In this document: one piece after another, positions 32,708 to 42,058 of the stretch
How positions within the stretch are numbered: position 1 is the first letter of the stretch
Layout of the letters: each line of letters starts with the position of its first letter
Source of the DNA: Candidatus Deferrimicrobium sp.
Lineage (GTDB): Archaea > Asgardarchaeota > Lokiarchaeia > Helarchaeales > HEL-GB-A
Length of the DNA stretch: 64,000 nt
Reading direction: 5' to 3'
NCBI GenBank assembly: GCA_035531115.1
Contig: DATKTP010000172.1
Span: 18,965 to 82,964 of the forward strand
Made by a program: the position numbers and the translations under genes
The notes under the pieces: model-generated
Told to the model about the DNA's origin: nothing
Databases searched by the model: none
What the model saw: the letters and a program-made list of their open reading frames with translations, nothing else

Positions 32708-33406
32708 TTATTTAAGCCATTGAGCTACAATTAAGGCATGATCTTCCGAAAAAGGATCCAGAACTATAACTTCAACGATTTTAAAATTAGCCTTTTTGAG
32801 AATTTCAATCTGTTCTTTATAGACCCGTTGCGGATCCATCGTTACATCGACACTTCGACTTTTAACAAATAAAAGGATCCACCCATTTGATTTCAGAAAC
32901 ATTTCCGCATTTGAGATAATGATTTGTGCTTGTTCAGGTTGCGCTACATCCGCATAAATTATATCAATTTGTTCAGGAATCAACATGCGATATTGATATG
33001 GATATCGAACATCTCCTAAAATGGGGATGAGGTTTGTTCGAATTTCACAGATCTGGACGAGCTCCCTAATTACCCGTGATGAAAATTCAATGCAATATAT
33101 CTTTCCCTGATCCCGCACTATATCCGATAAATGGCTACATGTTGTTCCTGACGCTGCTCCTAAATAGAGGATATGAGAATCTCTAGTAATAGGAATAGTT
33201 TGCAAATGCTTAATTATAGCCGCTGCTATTTTGCTCCGGTTTGGATTCCAGACTCTGTACTCTTTCCCGTCAATCTCCAGCAATTTCTCATCATATGCTT
33301 TGTGTCCAGGTGTGTAATTTAACGTTAATAATGTCTCAGATTCATTTAACTTTTTATACCAAAATGTATTGACTAAACTTTTATGAGCACTAAGTTCTTT
33401 CGTCAT
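32708..33406 (-). CDS. flpA: fibrillarin-like 2'-O-methyltransferase
   Basis: ILYLGAASGTTCSHLSDIV SAM-binding motif, fibrillarin fold. Confidence 0.9.
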   Translation of the reverse strand: MTKELSAHKSLVNTFWYKKLNESETLLTLNYTPGHKAYDEKLLEIDGKEYRVWNPNRSKIAAAIIKHLQTIPITRDSHILYLGAASGTTCSHLSDIVRDQGKIYCIEFSSRVIRELVQICEIRTNLIPILGDVRYPYQYRMLIPEQIDIIYADVAQPEQAQIIISNAEMFLKSNGWILLFVKSRSVDVTMDPQRVYKEQIEILKKANFKIVEVIVLDPFSEDHALIVAQWLK

Positions 33407-33412
33407 AAACCT

Positions 33413-34696
33413 CTATCCTTTATTTTTTTCTGGATTTTTCTTTTTATCCTTCTTGTATTTCTTCCATTTTTTCTTAAACTTCTTTGATTTCTTTTCCTCT
33501 GGTTGTCTTTTCTCCATTAGTTCGGGTCTCTCTTTTTTAGACTTTTTTGGAGGCGTAGGATATTTCTTTTTAATGTCATTAATACGACGATTTAAATCTA
33601 ATAGTATATTATCTCCCATATATTCCCCTGAAAAATAATCTACGCGCGCTGCAATCGAAAGTTTCCCTGCTAATGCACGTGCAATCTTACCTTTGAGCCA
33701 AAAAGATGCGCCATGAATTTCCTCCCATTGAAAAATAATTCCATGTTTTGGAGGTCTCGCACCTGTTCGGAGTGATCTGAAAAGTGCCTTTTCTGCCCCT
33801 AACACCTGAACAGTCGAAGCTGGCATCTTCGCTAAATTTTTCATACCGCCTGCTATACTAATCAGACGCGCGCCTAATAGTGACCCCACAATCGCTCGGA
33901 GATTTGGTGCTACTATTTGCATTGCCTCATCTACATAAGTTGCAAGCTCATCTCGAACACCAAATAAATCATCTGTTACTAATGAGAATTGTCGAAGTGG
34001 AGTAAGTTCAAAATCAGTAATGGATGCACCCATCGACTTTCTTGCCATATCCTCAACTTTTATGGCTTTGTCATGTGCAAATCCAATAACTTTCTCGAGG
34101 TTTTCAGCTTGAAGTTGCGAACGAGATCCAAGTCTTCCAACGATTTTAATAAAAGAAGTGTGGCTCGGAAGACTTTTATCAATTTCAGGAAAGTGTAACC
34201 CGTACCATTCTCGAATTCGCGACGCAAATATATTTAATGTTTTATCACAATCATCAACCGCATTAATTGCTTGCGCAATAAACTGATCCTTTTGTTCCGA
34301 AATGCTTTTAATTTTCTTACGTGTCAAAAGGATATTTATTCGTTGAATATATTGAAATATTTCCTCTTCGGATTTCCAGATATTGAATTCTCGAATAAAG
34401 GAGAGTAATTTCGATCGTAGAACTCTTCCGGCAATGGAAGGCGATTCAATAATGACGGGCTTATCTTTAAGATTTCGGGCTAAATTAACATCTTCTACAA
34501 CGATCTCATCAGCACCTTTTTGTATTACTTCATCAATTATTTCTTCTAATTCTGGAATTACCTTTCCCTTTTGTAACTCTAAAAATTTTTCTACTATGTC
34601 GTCAATTTTTTGTTCAAATAACTTCTTTGCCAGAATTTTATTATCCTGATCTAACCCAAAGATTCCGAATGGCGTTTCAACAATGTATATTCGAAT
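33413..34696 (-). CDS. nop5: C/D box snoRNP protein Nop5 (Nop56/58 homologue) with KKE-type C-terminal tail; probable ATT start
   Basis: NOP5NT (RIYIVETPFGIFGLD...) is in-frame upstream of the first canonical start (TTG 34327); Nop domain GLHFPE...; lysine-rich tail; in-frame TGA at 34706-34708 bounds the ORF. Confidence 0.75.
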   Translation of the reverse strand: MRIYIVETPFGIFGLDQDNKILAKKLFEQKIDDIVEKFLELQKGKVIPELEEIIDEVIQKGADEIVVEDVNLARNLKDKPVIIESPSIAGRVLRSKLLSFIREFNIWKSEEEIFQYIQRINILLTRKKIKSISEQKDQFIAQAINAVDDCDKTLNIFASRIREWYGLHFPEIDKSLPSHTSFIKIVGRLGSRSQLQAENLEKVIGFAHDKAIKVEDMARKSMGASITDFELTPLRQFSLVTDDLFGVRDELATYVDEAMQIVAPNLRAIVGSLLGARLISIAGGMKNLAKMPASTVQVLGAEKALFRSLRTGARPPKHGIIFQWEEIHGASFWLKGKIARALAGKLSIAARVDYFSGEYMGDNILLDLNRRINDIKKKYPTPPKKSKKERPELMEKRQPEEKKSKKFKKKWKKYKKDKKKNPEKNKG

Positions 34697-34856
34697 GTAA
34701 ATCCCTCATTTTTTATTGATTTTATTTCATTCTTATAATGTGGTTCTACAAATCATTCAAAGTAAAGAAAATCTTAGCTTAAAATAAAGTTTTTCTTGGA
34801 TATTTAAAATAATTTATAACTTATTATGTGATTAGTTTTTTGGAGGAAAAAATCCA

Positions 34857-35759
34857 ATGGATCTAACAACTGATCTCGCTGGTATCAAATTAAGGAATCC
34901 AACTATGTTAGCCGCAGGAATTCTGGGGATTTCCAGCTCTTTGTTGAATCGCATTTATGAAGCAGGAGCTGGATGTGTTATCACCAAATCTATTGGACCA
35001 GTTCCCCGCCCAGGATATTCCAATCCCTGTATTGTAGAAGTTCCTGGTGGTTACCTTAATGCAATGGGTCTTCCCAATCCTGGGATTGAGATTTTCTTAG
35101 AGGAACTGAATGAGTTAAATCAGATGAAAATCCCTACCGTCGTCAGCATTTTTGCAGATAATGAGACCAAATTTGCAAATATTGCACGGATTGTAGAAGA
35201 AAAGGGGGCTCTTGGCATCGAATTAAATATTTCTTGTCCTCATGCTGAGGTCGCGAGCATTGGACAAAATCCCATCATTACCAAACGAGTCGTGGAAGCT
35301 GTAAAGCATGCGGTATCCATTCCTATATTTGTGAAGCTAACACCTAATGTAACCGATATTGTAGAAATTGCAGTTGCTGCCGAAAAAGCAGGTGCTGATG
35401 GGCTAACAGCTATTAACACCGTTCGATCAATGGCATTAGACATTTATTCCAAGACTCCGATTCTTAGCAATAAATATGGGGGTCTCTCTGGTCCTGCCAT
35501 AAAACCCATTGCGATTCGCTGTATTTATGATATTTATGAAAGCGTAAAAATCCCGCTCATTGGGGTAGGTGGAATACTTTCTTGGCAGGATGCTATCGAA
35601 TTCTTTCTTGCTGGCGCTTCTGCCGTCCAGATTGGAACTGGAATTCGCTATCGTGGATTATCTATTTTCCAAGAAATTTGTAAAGGTATCCAAGAATACC
35701 TTAAGAATGAAAAATACTCAAGTCTCTCAGAAATAATTGGGGTGGCACATCGAGCTTGA
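34857..35759 (+). CDS. pyrD: dihydroorotate dehydrogenase catalytic subunit (class 1B)
   Basis: GxxNPxG motifs, FMN-binding TIM barrel pattern; SD GGAGG 8 nt upstream. Confidence 0.9.
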   Translation: MDLTTDLAGIKLRNPTMLAAGILGISSSLLNRIYEAGAGCVITKSIGPVPRPGYSNPCIVEVPGGYLNAMGLPNPGIEIFLEELNELNQMKIPTVVSIFADNETKFANIARIVEEKGALGIELNISCPHAEVASIGQNPIITKRVVEAVKHAVSIPIFVKLTPNVTDIVEIAVAAEKAGADGLTAINTVRSMALDIYSKTPILSNKYGGLSGPAIKPIAIRCIYDIYESVKIPLIGVGGILSWQDAIEFFLAGASAVQIGTGIRYRGLSIFQEICKGIQEYLKNEKYSSLSEIIGVAHRA

Positions 35760-35771
35760 GGTGATTTTACA

Positions 35772-36587
35772 ATGACTGAAATAATAAATCGTCCATCTAT
35801 GACCAAGATTACAAAAATTGAAACGGAAACACCTCTCATTAAAACCTTCTACCTATATTCTCAGCAATTGATGGAAGCTGCATCCCCCGGTCAATTTTTG
35901 ATGGCTTGGATCCCGGGAATTGATGAAATCCCTCTGAGTCTATCTCTAACAAGTCCTGAATTAGCTCTGAGTGTAAAAAAAGTTGGTGCGGCGACTGCTG
36001 TATTTCATAAATTGCAGGTTGGAGATCGCATCGGAATCCGCGGGCCTTATGGTCATGGCTTTTCATTACATGGAAAGAACTGTTTAATTGTTGGGGGCGG
36101 GATTGGAATGGCGCCTTTTCTCTTTTTAATTGATGAACTATTAAAGGATACGCGAAAAATTACTGTAATAAATGGTGCACAGACTGAAACCGAAATTGTT
36201 TTTTTGGATAAACTCCCAAAATTATATAAAAAAAATATTGAATGCATATTCACGACAGATGATGGCTCCTTTGGGGAAAAAGGGATCGCAAGTTCGATTG
36301 CGATTCAAAAGATTCAAGAAAATTCTTATGATCAAGTCTATACTTGTGGTCCTGAACCTATGATTTGGGATCTCTTTCAATTCACTGAAAAATTAAAAAT
36401 CCCAATGCAGGCAAGCCTCGAACGTTTAATCAAATGTGGAATCGGTTTGTGCGGGCACTGTTGTATAGATCCTCTTGGATATCGTATTTGCGTGGAAGGC
36501 CCTGTTTTGAGCTCTGAAACGCTTCGCAAACTTACAGATTTTGGAAAATACAAGCGCGATCTTGGGGGACATAAAATCCCGCTTTAA
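35772..36587 (+). CDS. pyrK: dihydroorotate dehydrogenase electron-transfer subunit
   Basis: FNR-like FAD/NAD domain, C-terminal CGIGLCGHCC 2Fe-2S cysteines. Confidence 0.85.
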   Translation: MTEIINRPSMTKITKIETETPLIKTFYLYSQQLMEAASPGQFLMAWIPGIDEIPLSLSLTSPELALSVKKVGAATAVFHKLQVGDRIGIRGPYGHGFSLHGKNCLIVGGGIGMAPFLFLIDELLKDTRKITVINGAQTETEIVFLDKLPKLYKKNIECIFTTDDGSFGEKGIASSIAIQKIQENSYDQVYTCGPEPMIWDLFQFTEKLKIPMQASLERLIKCGIGLCGHCCIDPLGYRICVEGPVLSSETLRKLTDFGKYKRDLGGHKIPL

Positions 36588-36613
36588 GATTTTTGAAAGA
36601 TAGGTGAGTAAAA

Positions 36614-36844
36614 ATGGATGAAGAAATTCTTCAGGTTTTAAAAGATTTATCCTTTATCAACGCGGTCATCGCTACAGAACTGATCCGAATTGCAGAAAAT
36701 ACCGCCATTATGGCAAAAGGTCCGCAAGTTGTGGAAAAGTGTGCTGCAGAACATCAACAAATCAGTGAAAAAATTCTTGAATTGGTCGAATCTTATAAAC
36801 CAAATATAATAGAAATTCTCAAAAAGCACGTGCTGAAACATTAA
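36614..36844 (+). CDS. hypothetical small protein
   Basis: 76 aa ORF. Confidence 0.35.
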   Translation: MDEEILQVLKDLSFINAVIATELIRIAENTAIMAKGPQVVEKCAAEHQQISEKILELVESYKPNIIEILKKHVLKH

Positions 36845-36911
36845 CAAACATTTCAAAAACTTTTTATTTTTTCCTTTTTTCTAATCCAATAAAAAGCGTT
36901 AGGGATGAAAG

Positions 36912-37121
36912 ATGAGCATCGAACGAAGAAGACGTCTGAAAAAGAGATCCAAAGGCGAAACGAGTCAAAAAGAAACCAAACAAAAGAAATCTCGGAGACT
37001 TATTGTTCCTAAAAAGGAATTTACGGAAGAAGAAATTAAAGCGAGAAAAAAAGCCCAACGCATTAGTATGTTCGATAAGAAAAAGAATCTTCATAAAAAG
37101 ATCACCGAAGGATCTTCATAA
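36912..37121 (+). CDS. highly basic small protein (K/R-rich)
   Basis: 69 aa, about 40% Lys/Arg, nucleic-acid-binding-like composition. Confidence 0.4.
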   Translation: MSIERRRRLKKRSKGETSQKETKQKKSRRLIVPKKEFTEEEIKARKKAQRISMFDKKKNLHKKITEGSS

Positions 37122-37155
37122 TCATTTCATAACCTTAATGTACTAAGAATCTATA

Positions 37156-38016
37156 TTGTTAATAGATGAGTTAAGTAAGAATTATTGTGATGATACAGTG
37201 ATTAGGGACATTTGGATAGTGGAAAAGGCAGGAGGTCGGTGTCTTTTTCATAGAACTTATGGGCCAATGGGTCTGGATCCTGATTTACTCTCGAGTTACT
37301 TAACTGGGATTAATACCTTTAGCGAGGCAGAACTGGGCGATACCGGTATTGAATGCATTGAAATGGGAAACATGAAATGGGTCTATATAAATTGGGAAAA
37401 TAAATTACTTTTAGTGGCAGCCGCCGATAAATTTGAGGACCCCACTGTATTGCACCATCAGTTAGACGTTGTTTGCCAGCACTTCCTAGACCATTTCAAG
37501 ATTGATAGGGACTTCTTATCTAAATGGTCGGGGAATGTAACCATGTTTTCTAAATTTGGTCCGAATATAGATGAGTTAATTAACGATTGGAAGCAAGTCT
37601 CAAAGGTTACCGATATCGCAAAAAAGATGAATCTCCTTGAGGTATATCAACAGATTTTTCATGCGTTTGCTAAAGTTGTTCCAACGATACGACCCGAAGG
37701 GCGAAAAGAATTAGCTGAGAGAATGGCGGAACTAAAAACAAGTTTTCCCCCTTACTTTGAAAAAGTTACCTATGGAAATGCTGGGTGGGATATCCTTTCA
37801 GCAGATGTAACCGATCCTCGATGCAAGGAATATAAATTAAGAGAGGAATTACAAAATTTATTAAATGCCTTTGTTTCCGAAATGAAATCTATTTTTAAAG
37901 AAGAGTTGTTTTTTGAAATTGCGAAGAAATTAGTTTATCCTAAATTATTATCCGACTGGAGCCGTATTCGAGAACTAGAAATAGATGAAGCGCTACTCCA
38001 AATTTTCTTGATTTAA
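37156..38016 (+). CDS. longin-like (SNARE-like superfamily) domain protein with helical C-terminal region
   Basis: N-term beta-alpha-beta-beta-alpha pattern IWIVEKAGGRCLF / LLSSYLTGINTF / LLLVAAADKFEDP..LHHQLDVVCQHF, comparable to longin/sigma-adaptin YLVLCEAAFPK... Confidence 0.4.
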   Translation: MLIDELSKNYCDDTVIRDIWIVEKAGGRCLFHRTYGPMGLDPDLLSSYLTGINTFSEAELGDTGIECIEMGNMKWVYINWENKLLLVAAADKFEDPTVLHHQLDVVCQHFLDHFKIDRDFLSKWSGNVTMFSKFGPNIDELINDWKQVSKVTDIAKKMNLLEVYQQIFHAFAKVVPTIRPEGRKELAERMAELKTSFPPYFEKVTYGNAGWDILSADVTDPRCKEYKLREELQNLLNAFVSEMKSIFKEELFFEIAKKLVYPKLLSDWSRIRELEIDEALLQIFLI

Positions 38017-38122
38017 ATGGTCGGGGAAATAAACCATAATTTTAATGCGAAGTCTTTTACTGTCCCTTACTGATCCCAAAAAGCGATAAAAAAAATAGTT
38101 TCTTGAATTCAGTTTTGAGAAC

Positions 38123-38485
38123 TCACCAAAACCAAACCGCACCCATGATATACTTCCAATTTCCTGATTTTTTGCTCAATATTAGTGGAGATCCGATGCT
38201 TTTTGCACCTTCTGCATCAATTTCAACTTCGGCTCTATCGCCAGAAATACTAATAGATTTTATTGCGAATTTTTTATTCCATTTCTTTCCTAAGAGGGAA
38301 ATATTTGATTTAAAGGATTTTTCAAATTCTTCTGCAGTCTCTGTGTAACTCGATCCCATCTGTTCCTTGTTGCGTTCCCACATACCTTTGAAATCTGCGT
38401 TTTTAAGATACCATTTAGTGTCTCCTTTTTAGAGCGCCTTGATATATTCTTCCGCAAACTTTCTTACGTCATCTTCTTCCGTCAT
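38123..38485 (-). pseudogene. DUF4878-like small protein interrupted by in-frame TAA
   Basis: MTEEDDVRKFAEEYIKAL*KGDTKWYLKNADFKGMWERN... continuous in one frame; TAA at 38429-38431 where Lys is expected. Confidence 0.45.
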
Positions 38486-38734
38486 ACTATTATCACTTTT
38501 TAAATTAAATCGTAATTGTTGGTAAATGTTTATGAAAATTTATTTTAAAATATTAGTCCCTAAAACTACTTATTGAAATCGTATAACTTTTCTTTTCCAT
38601 TAAAGAAGCATTGAGATTTTCTATAATTACTTCTAATAATGAATGGAAAGATTATGTCTCAGGATATGACTTAATCAATAAAAAAAAAGGTTAATACTTC
38701 TAATAGATGAAGTCCAACTCCAAATTTTCTTACT

Positions 38735-39568
38735 CTAGAGTAAAATCCTATTAAAATTATCAGTCAGTAGCTCTGCAATCGGACCAATTGAAGAATGTGC
38801 CTCTGTTATTGCATAATAATAGAAGGGGACTGCGCCTTCCCCAAATTCCCCCAGAATATCTGAAATTTGAACTTTTACGCCAGGGTTGGTCATCACGACT
38901 AACTTGGGCTCCAATCCGGGCAGCGCTATGTTATTATAAAGAAGCTCCCCGTCTTGGAGAATGGATCCTTTACGTCCGATGTTACTTAAATAAATCGCAA
39001 TTTCTTCACGAGACATCCCATGCGAAAAGAGAATAGAGTTATCAAATGAAGTGATAAAGCAGGAGTGAACCTCCTCTGGAAACTTTTCCTCTATAAGGTA
39101 GTCTGCCGCTATTCGTAATTGCTCTTTTTTATTGTAAATTATATTTTCTGCAACTGCATCGTTCAATAAACCCTCAATGAATTGCCGCTCTTCATCGGAA
39201 ATATTTGGGACTTTTCCGACGCGGATCATATGTTCATAGCGAAATAATATTTTACTGTATATCCACTGTATTTTGTAATGTACCATTTGGTGAAATTGGT
39301 AGGGATCTGTAAAGCAAAGGACCATATATTCGCCAATAAAACTATAAACTCCGTCTATTCCATAAGGATCATCGGGAAATTCAGTAGGTAGGAACCTAAT
39401 ATAGGAAATTTCCTGTTTATAATTGCTGGCAAAGGTATGGAGTGCTGAAAGAAACCCCGCAATCAAAATGGGATTCCCCTCATGGAAGGCGGAAAGTTTC
39501 TCAGACCACGCATCCAGAAACAACGGAATCCCTGTCTTGCTCTGGATCGCTACGCCAAGTATTGCCAT
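38735..39568 (-). CDS. protein with two longin-like domains
   Basis: ILGVAIQSKTGIPLF / ILIAGFLSALHTFAS / YMVLCFTDPYQFHQMV; second unit FITSFDNSILFS...LVVMTNPG. Confidence 0.4.
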   Translation of the reverse strand: MAILGVAIQSKTGIPLFLDAWSEKLSAFHEGNPILIAGFLSALHTFASNYKQEISYIRFLPTEFPDDPYGIDGVYSFIGEYMVLCFTDPYQFHQMVHYKIQWIYSKILFRYEHMIRVGKVPNISDEERQFIEGLLNDAVAENIIYNKKEQLRIAADYLIEEKFPEEVHSCFITSFDNSILFSHGMSREEIAIYLSNIGRKGSILQDGELLYNNIALPGLEPKLVVMTNPGVKVQISDILGEFGEGAVPFYYYAITEAHSSIGPIAELLTDNFNRILL

Positions 39569-39741
39569 TTTTATTTTCAGTTCCTTGTCCTATTCTTTAA
39601 ATTGTGCGATAGAAATTATTAGTGCTTGATTATTATCATTATGATTTATAAATCCGTAAAGGGTGTGTAATGATTATTAGATATAGGTAAAAACAAAAGT
39701 TATTTATCTCTTTTCACGATACTCAATAAAGGTACATAATT

Positions 39742-40770
39742 ATGACGGAAAAAATGGATACGCCCGCCGAAGACAATGAACAAGCGCTGGAAATTAATCG
39801 AGAGGAATTATACGCTCAATTGGAGAAATGGCAAGCCGCACGTAAGTTCAACCAACAGTTGCAATATCAGTACAGCCAAGAAGTGACCAAATGGCGCGAA
39901 ATGAGAGATAAGATAAAAGACGAGATCAATACGATTCGAGAAGACGCGCTCAAGGAAAAGGCAATTCGGGACAAAATAAATAACGAAGTAGCGAAGTTAA
40001 AAGAAGATCGTTCTTCCGCAAATGTTCAGATTGCTGATCTAAAACTAAAGCGTAATTCTGCTTGGGAACAAATTAAAAATATTCGATCTAAGCTTCGATC
40101 ACTTATGGAACTTAAGAGAGATGAAAAAAAGAAACTAAAATCGGTCTATCCTTTAATGCGGCGTTTTGAAGAGCTCGATTGGACAATAATGACTAAATCC
40201 ATGCCTTTTGAAAAGGAACAAACTATGATGAACGAAATAGAGCAGATAATCAGCGAAATTTCAAAACAAAAACAGGAATTGGAAATAGAGTATGATGATG
40301 TTATCATTGATTTTGATGAAGCTAAAAAACAGATTGAGGAACTTAAAGAAGTTGCGCAACAATATCACGATCTAATGATCCAAACCGTGCAAGATGGTGA
40401 GAAAATTCACGAACGGATCCTCCATGATGTGAAAGAAAGTGAGCCCCACCATCAAGCGATGCTGGAAAAATTTGCCCAAATTGATGAACTGAAAAAAGAA
40501 GAGGAAGCGGCGCATCAAAAAATGGTTGAAAACTTGAAAGAACTGGATCTCCTGCGGAAAGGGATGGATGAAATTTATCAGGAACTTCGCGCGATTGAAA
40601 AGAAATTTACCTACCTGAAAAACCTCGAAGCCCTCCAAAAACTCAAAGAACAAGAGAAGATCCTTGACAAGAAAACCGAAGAAGCCTTGGCTAAGTATAA
40701 AAGTGGCAAAAAACTTACTATGGACGAATTCAGCCTTTTACTTAAAAAAAATTTAATCAAAACTGGTTGA
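39742..40770 (+). CDS. coiled-coil protein (E/K/Q-rich)
   Basis: 342 aa, heptad-like charged repeats throughout. Confidence 0.55.
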   Translation: MTEKMDTPAEDNEQALEINREELYAQLEKWQAARKFNQQLQYQYSQEVTKWREMRDKIKDEINTIREDALKEKAIRDKINNEVAKLKEDRSSANVQIADLKLKRNSAWEQIKNIRSKLRSLMELKRDEKKKLKSVYPLMRRFEELDWTIMTKSMPFEKEQTMMNEIEQIISEISKQKQELEIEYDDVIIDFDEAKKQIEELKEVAQQYHDLMIQTVQDGEKIHERILHDVKESEPHHQAMLEKFAQIDELKKEEEAAHQKMVENLKELDLLRKGMDEIYQELRAIEKKFTYLKNLEALQKLKEQEKILDKKTEEALAKYKSGKKLTMDEFSLLLKKNLIKTG

Positions 40771-40851
40771 ACCGTTCTACAAAAAAAAATTGAATTTAGA
40801 ACTAATTTTTCTGCAATTTACGTACAACTTTGAATGCTGGACTATTTCGGT

Positions 40852-41901
40852 TTACTGATACGAAGGAATATTTCCGAAAAAGAAATCTATAAGATCAATT
40901 GCTGATTTAAATTGATTCAGTTCAAGTACATCTTGAATTAATAGGTTGTTAAATCGGTTTTCAAATTCAATTATGAATTTTTTCAAGCTATCCCGAAGAT
41001 GTTTGGAAGATTTGGAGGTTATGAGCCCTACCGTCGTATAGTTAGCTTTTATAAAGATTAAAATTCCTTGCGAAAGCTTCATTTCCTCCAATTCACCGAT
41101 ATGCAATACTTCGATACTCATCTGTTGCAACGCTGAAAGTAATCCCGCAAGCAAATCTCCATCAATTTCTGATTTCTCGAATTGATGATCATAAATTGAG
41201 ATGCCTATTTTACTATGAATAACAGTCAATCTATGAACCCTATACGGTAATATGTATAGAAGCTCTGGATTTTTCACAAGCACGTATACAAGAATTAAAT
41301 TCATAATCGCCGCATAAAAACCCGAAAGAAAAAATCCTAAACCATAAAAAATCCAGCTAAAAATATAGCTCAAACAGCCTAGAGAAACTGTTATGATGGT
41401 TAAAAATAATGAGAGCTTTTTCAGATTTTTCGGAGCCTTCAAAGTGGAGCGAACTAAAAATAAAAACAGAAAAATAAGGTAAAAATCCATTAAAAGATCA
41501 TAAAAAGCTGCAAATGGTATTGTGGGAAGTATATAACTCCGAAAAATAGTAGTATAAATTAATAAAGCTCCTATTGCACTAACAATGCTTATCTTAATGA
41601 CATTAATGGATTCTCGGGTAACATTATCAATAAAAACTAAAAATGATAAAATGGCAATTACTGTGAATATATAGACGGTGCTGTATAAAGGCCAGTTAAT
41701 GTAATACATAAAATAATTAATTAAATATACCGTCCCAAGTAAGAAATTCTGCATTGCAAATGCACCCCATGAAAGGGCTGCATAAAGAAACGGTTGTACA
41801 TTTTTTGTTTTCCACTTCCAAATAAGAAGGATTGTACAAATCACAAAGACAGAAAAAAGCGTATATGATGTTAGGACCACTTGGATATTATAATCCATCA
41901 A
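40852..41901 (-). CDS. seven-TM membrane protein with C-terminal cytoplasmic longin-like domain
   Basis: About 7 hydrophobic helices in residues 1-215; C-term IGISIYDHQF...DLLAGLLSALQQMS...GILIFIKANYTTVGLITSK. Confidence 0.5.
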   Translation of the reverse strand: MMDYNIQVVLTSYTLFSVFVICTILLIWKWKTKNVQPFLYAALSWGAFAMQNFLLGTVYLINYFMYYINWPLYSTVYIFTVIAILSFLVFIDNVTRESINVIKISIVSAIGALLIYTTIFRSYILPTIPFAAFYDLLMDFYLIFLFLFLVRSTLKAPKNLKKLSLFLTIITVSLGCLSYIFSWIFYGLGFFLSGFYAAIMNLILVYVLVKNPELLYILPYRVHRLTVIHSKIGISIYDHQFEKSEIDGDLLAGLLSALQQMSIEVLHIGELEEMKLSQGILIFIKANYTTVGLITSKSSKHLRDSLKKFIIEFENRFNNLLIQDVLELNQFKSAIDLIDFFFGNIPSYQ

Positions 41902-42058
41902 ACCACCATGATAAAAAATACTTAGTAGTAAATTAAACTCCTTTTCCTTTTTTAATTAATGATTTACTAAAATTAAATTTACATCACTGAAGAATCTTAA
42001 CTAGTACAACCTGTTTAAATGATTCAATTTTTGATTATGGAATTAATTTCTATTTTAC

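Noticed and set aside
36912-37121. Basic 69-aa protein as a ribosomal protein
   Set aside because: No match to any ribosomal protein family motif I can recognise. It is left as a hypothetical basic protein.
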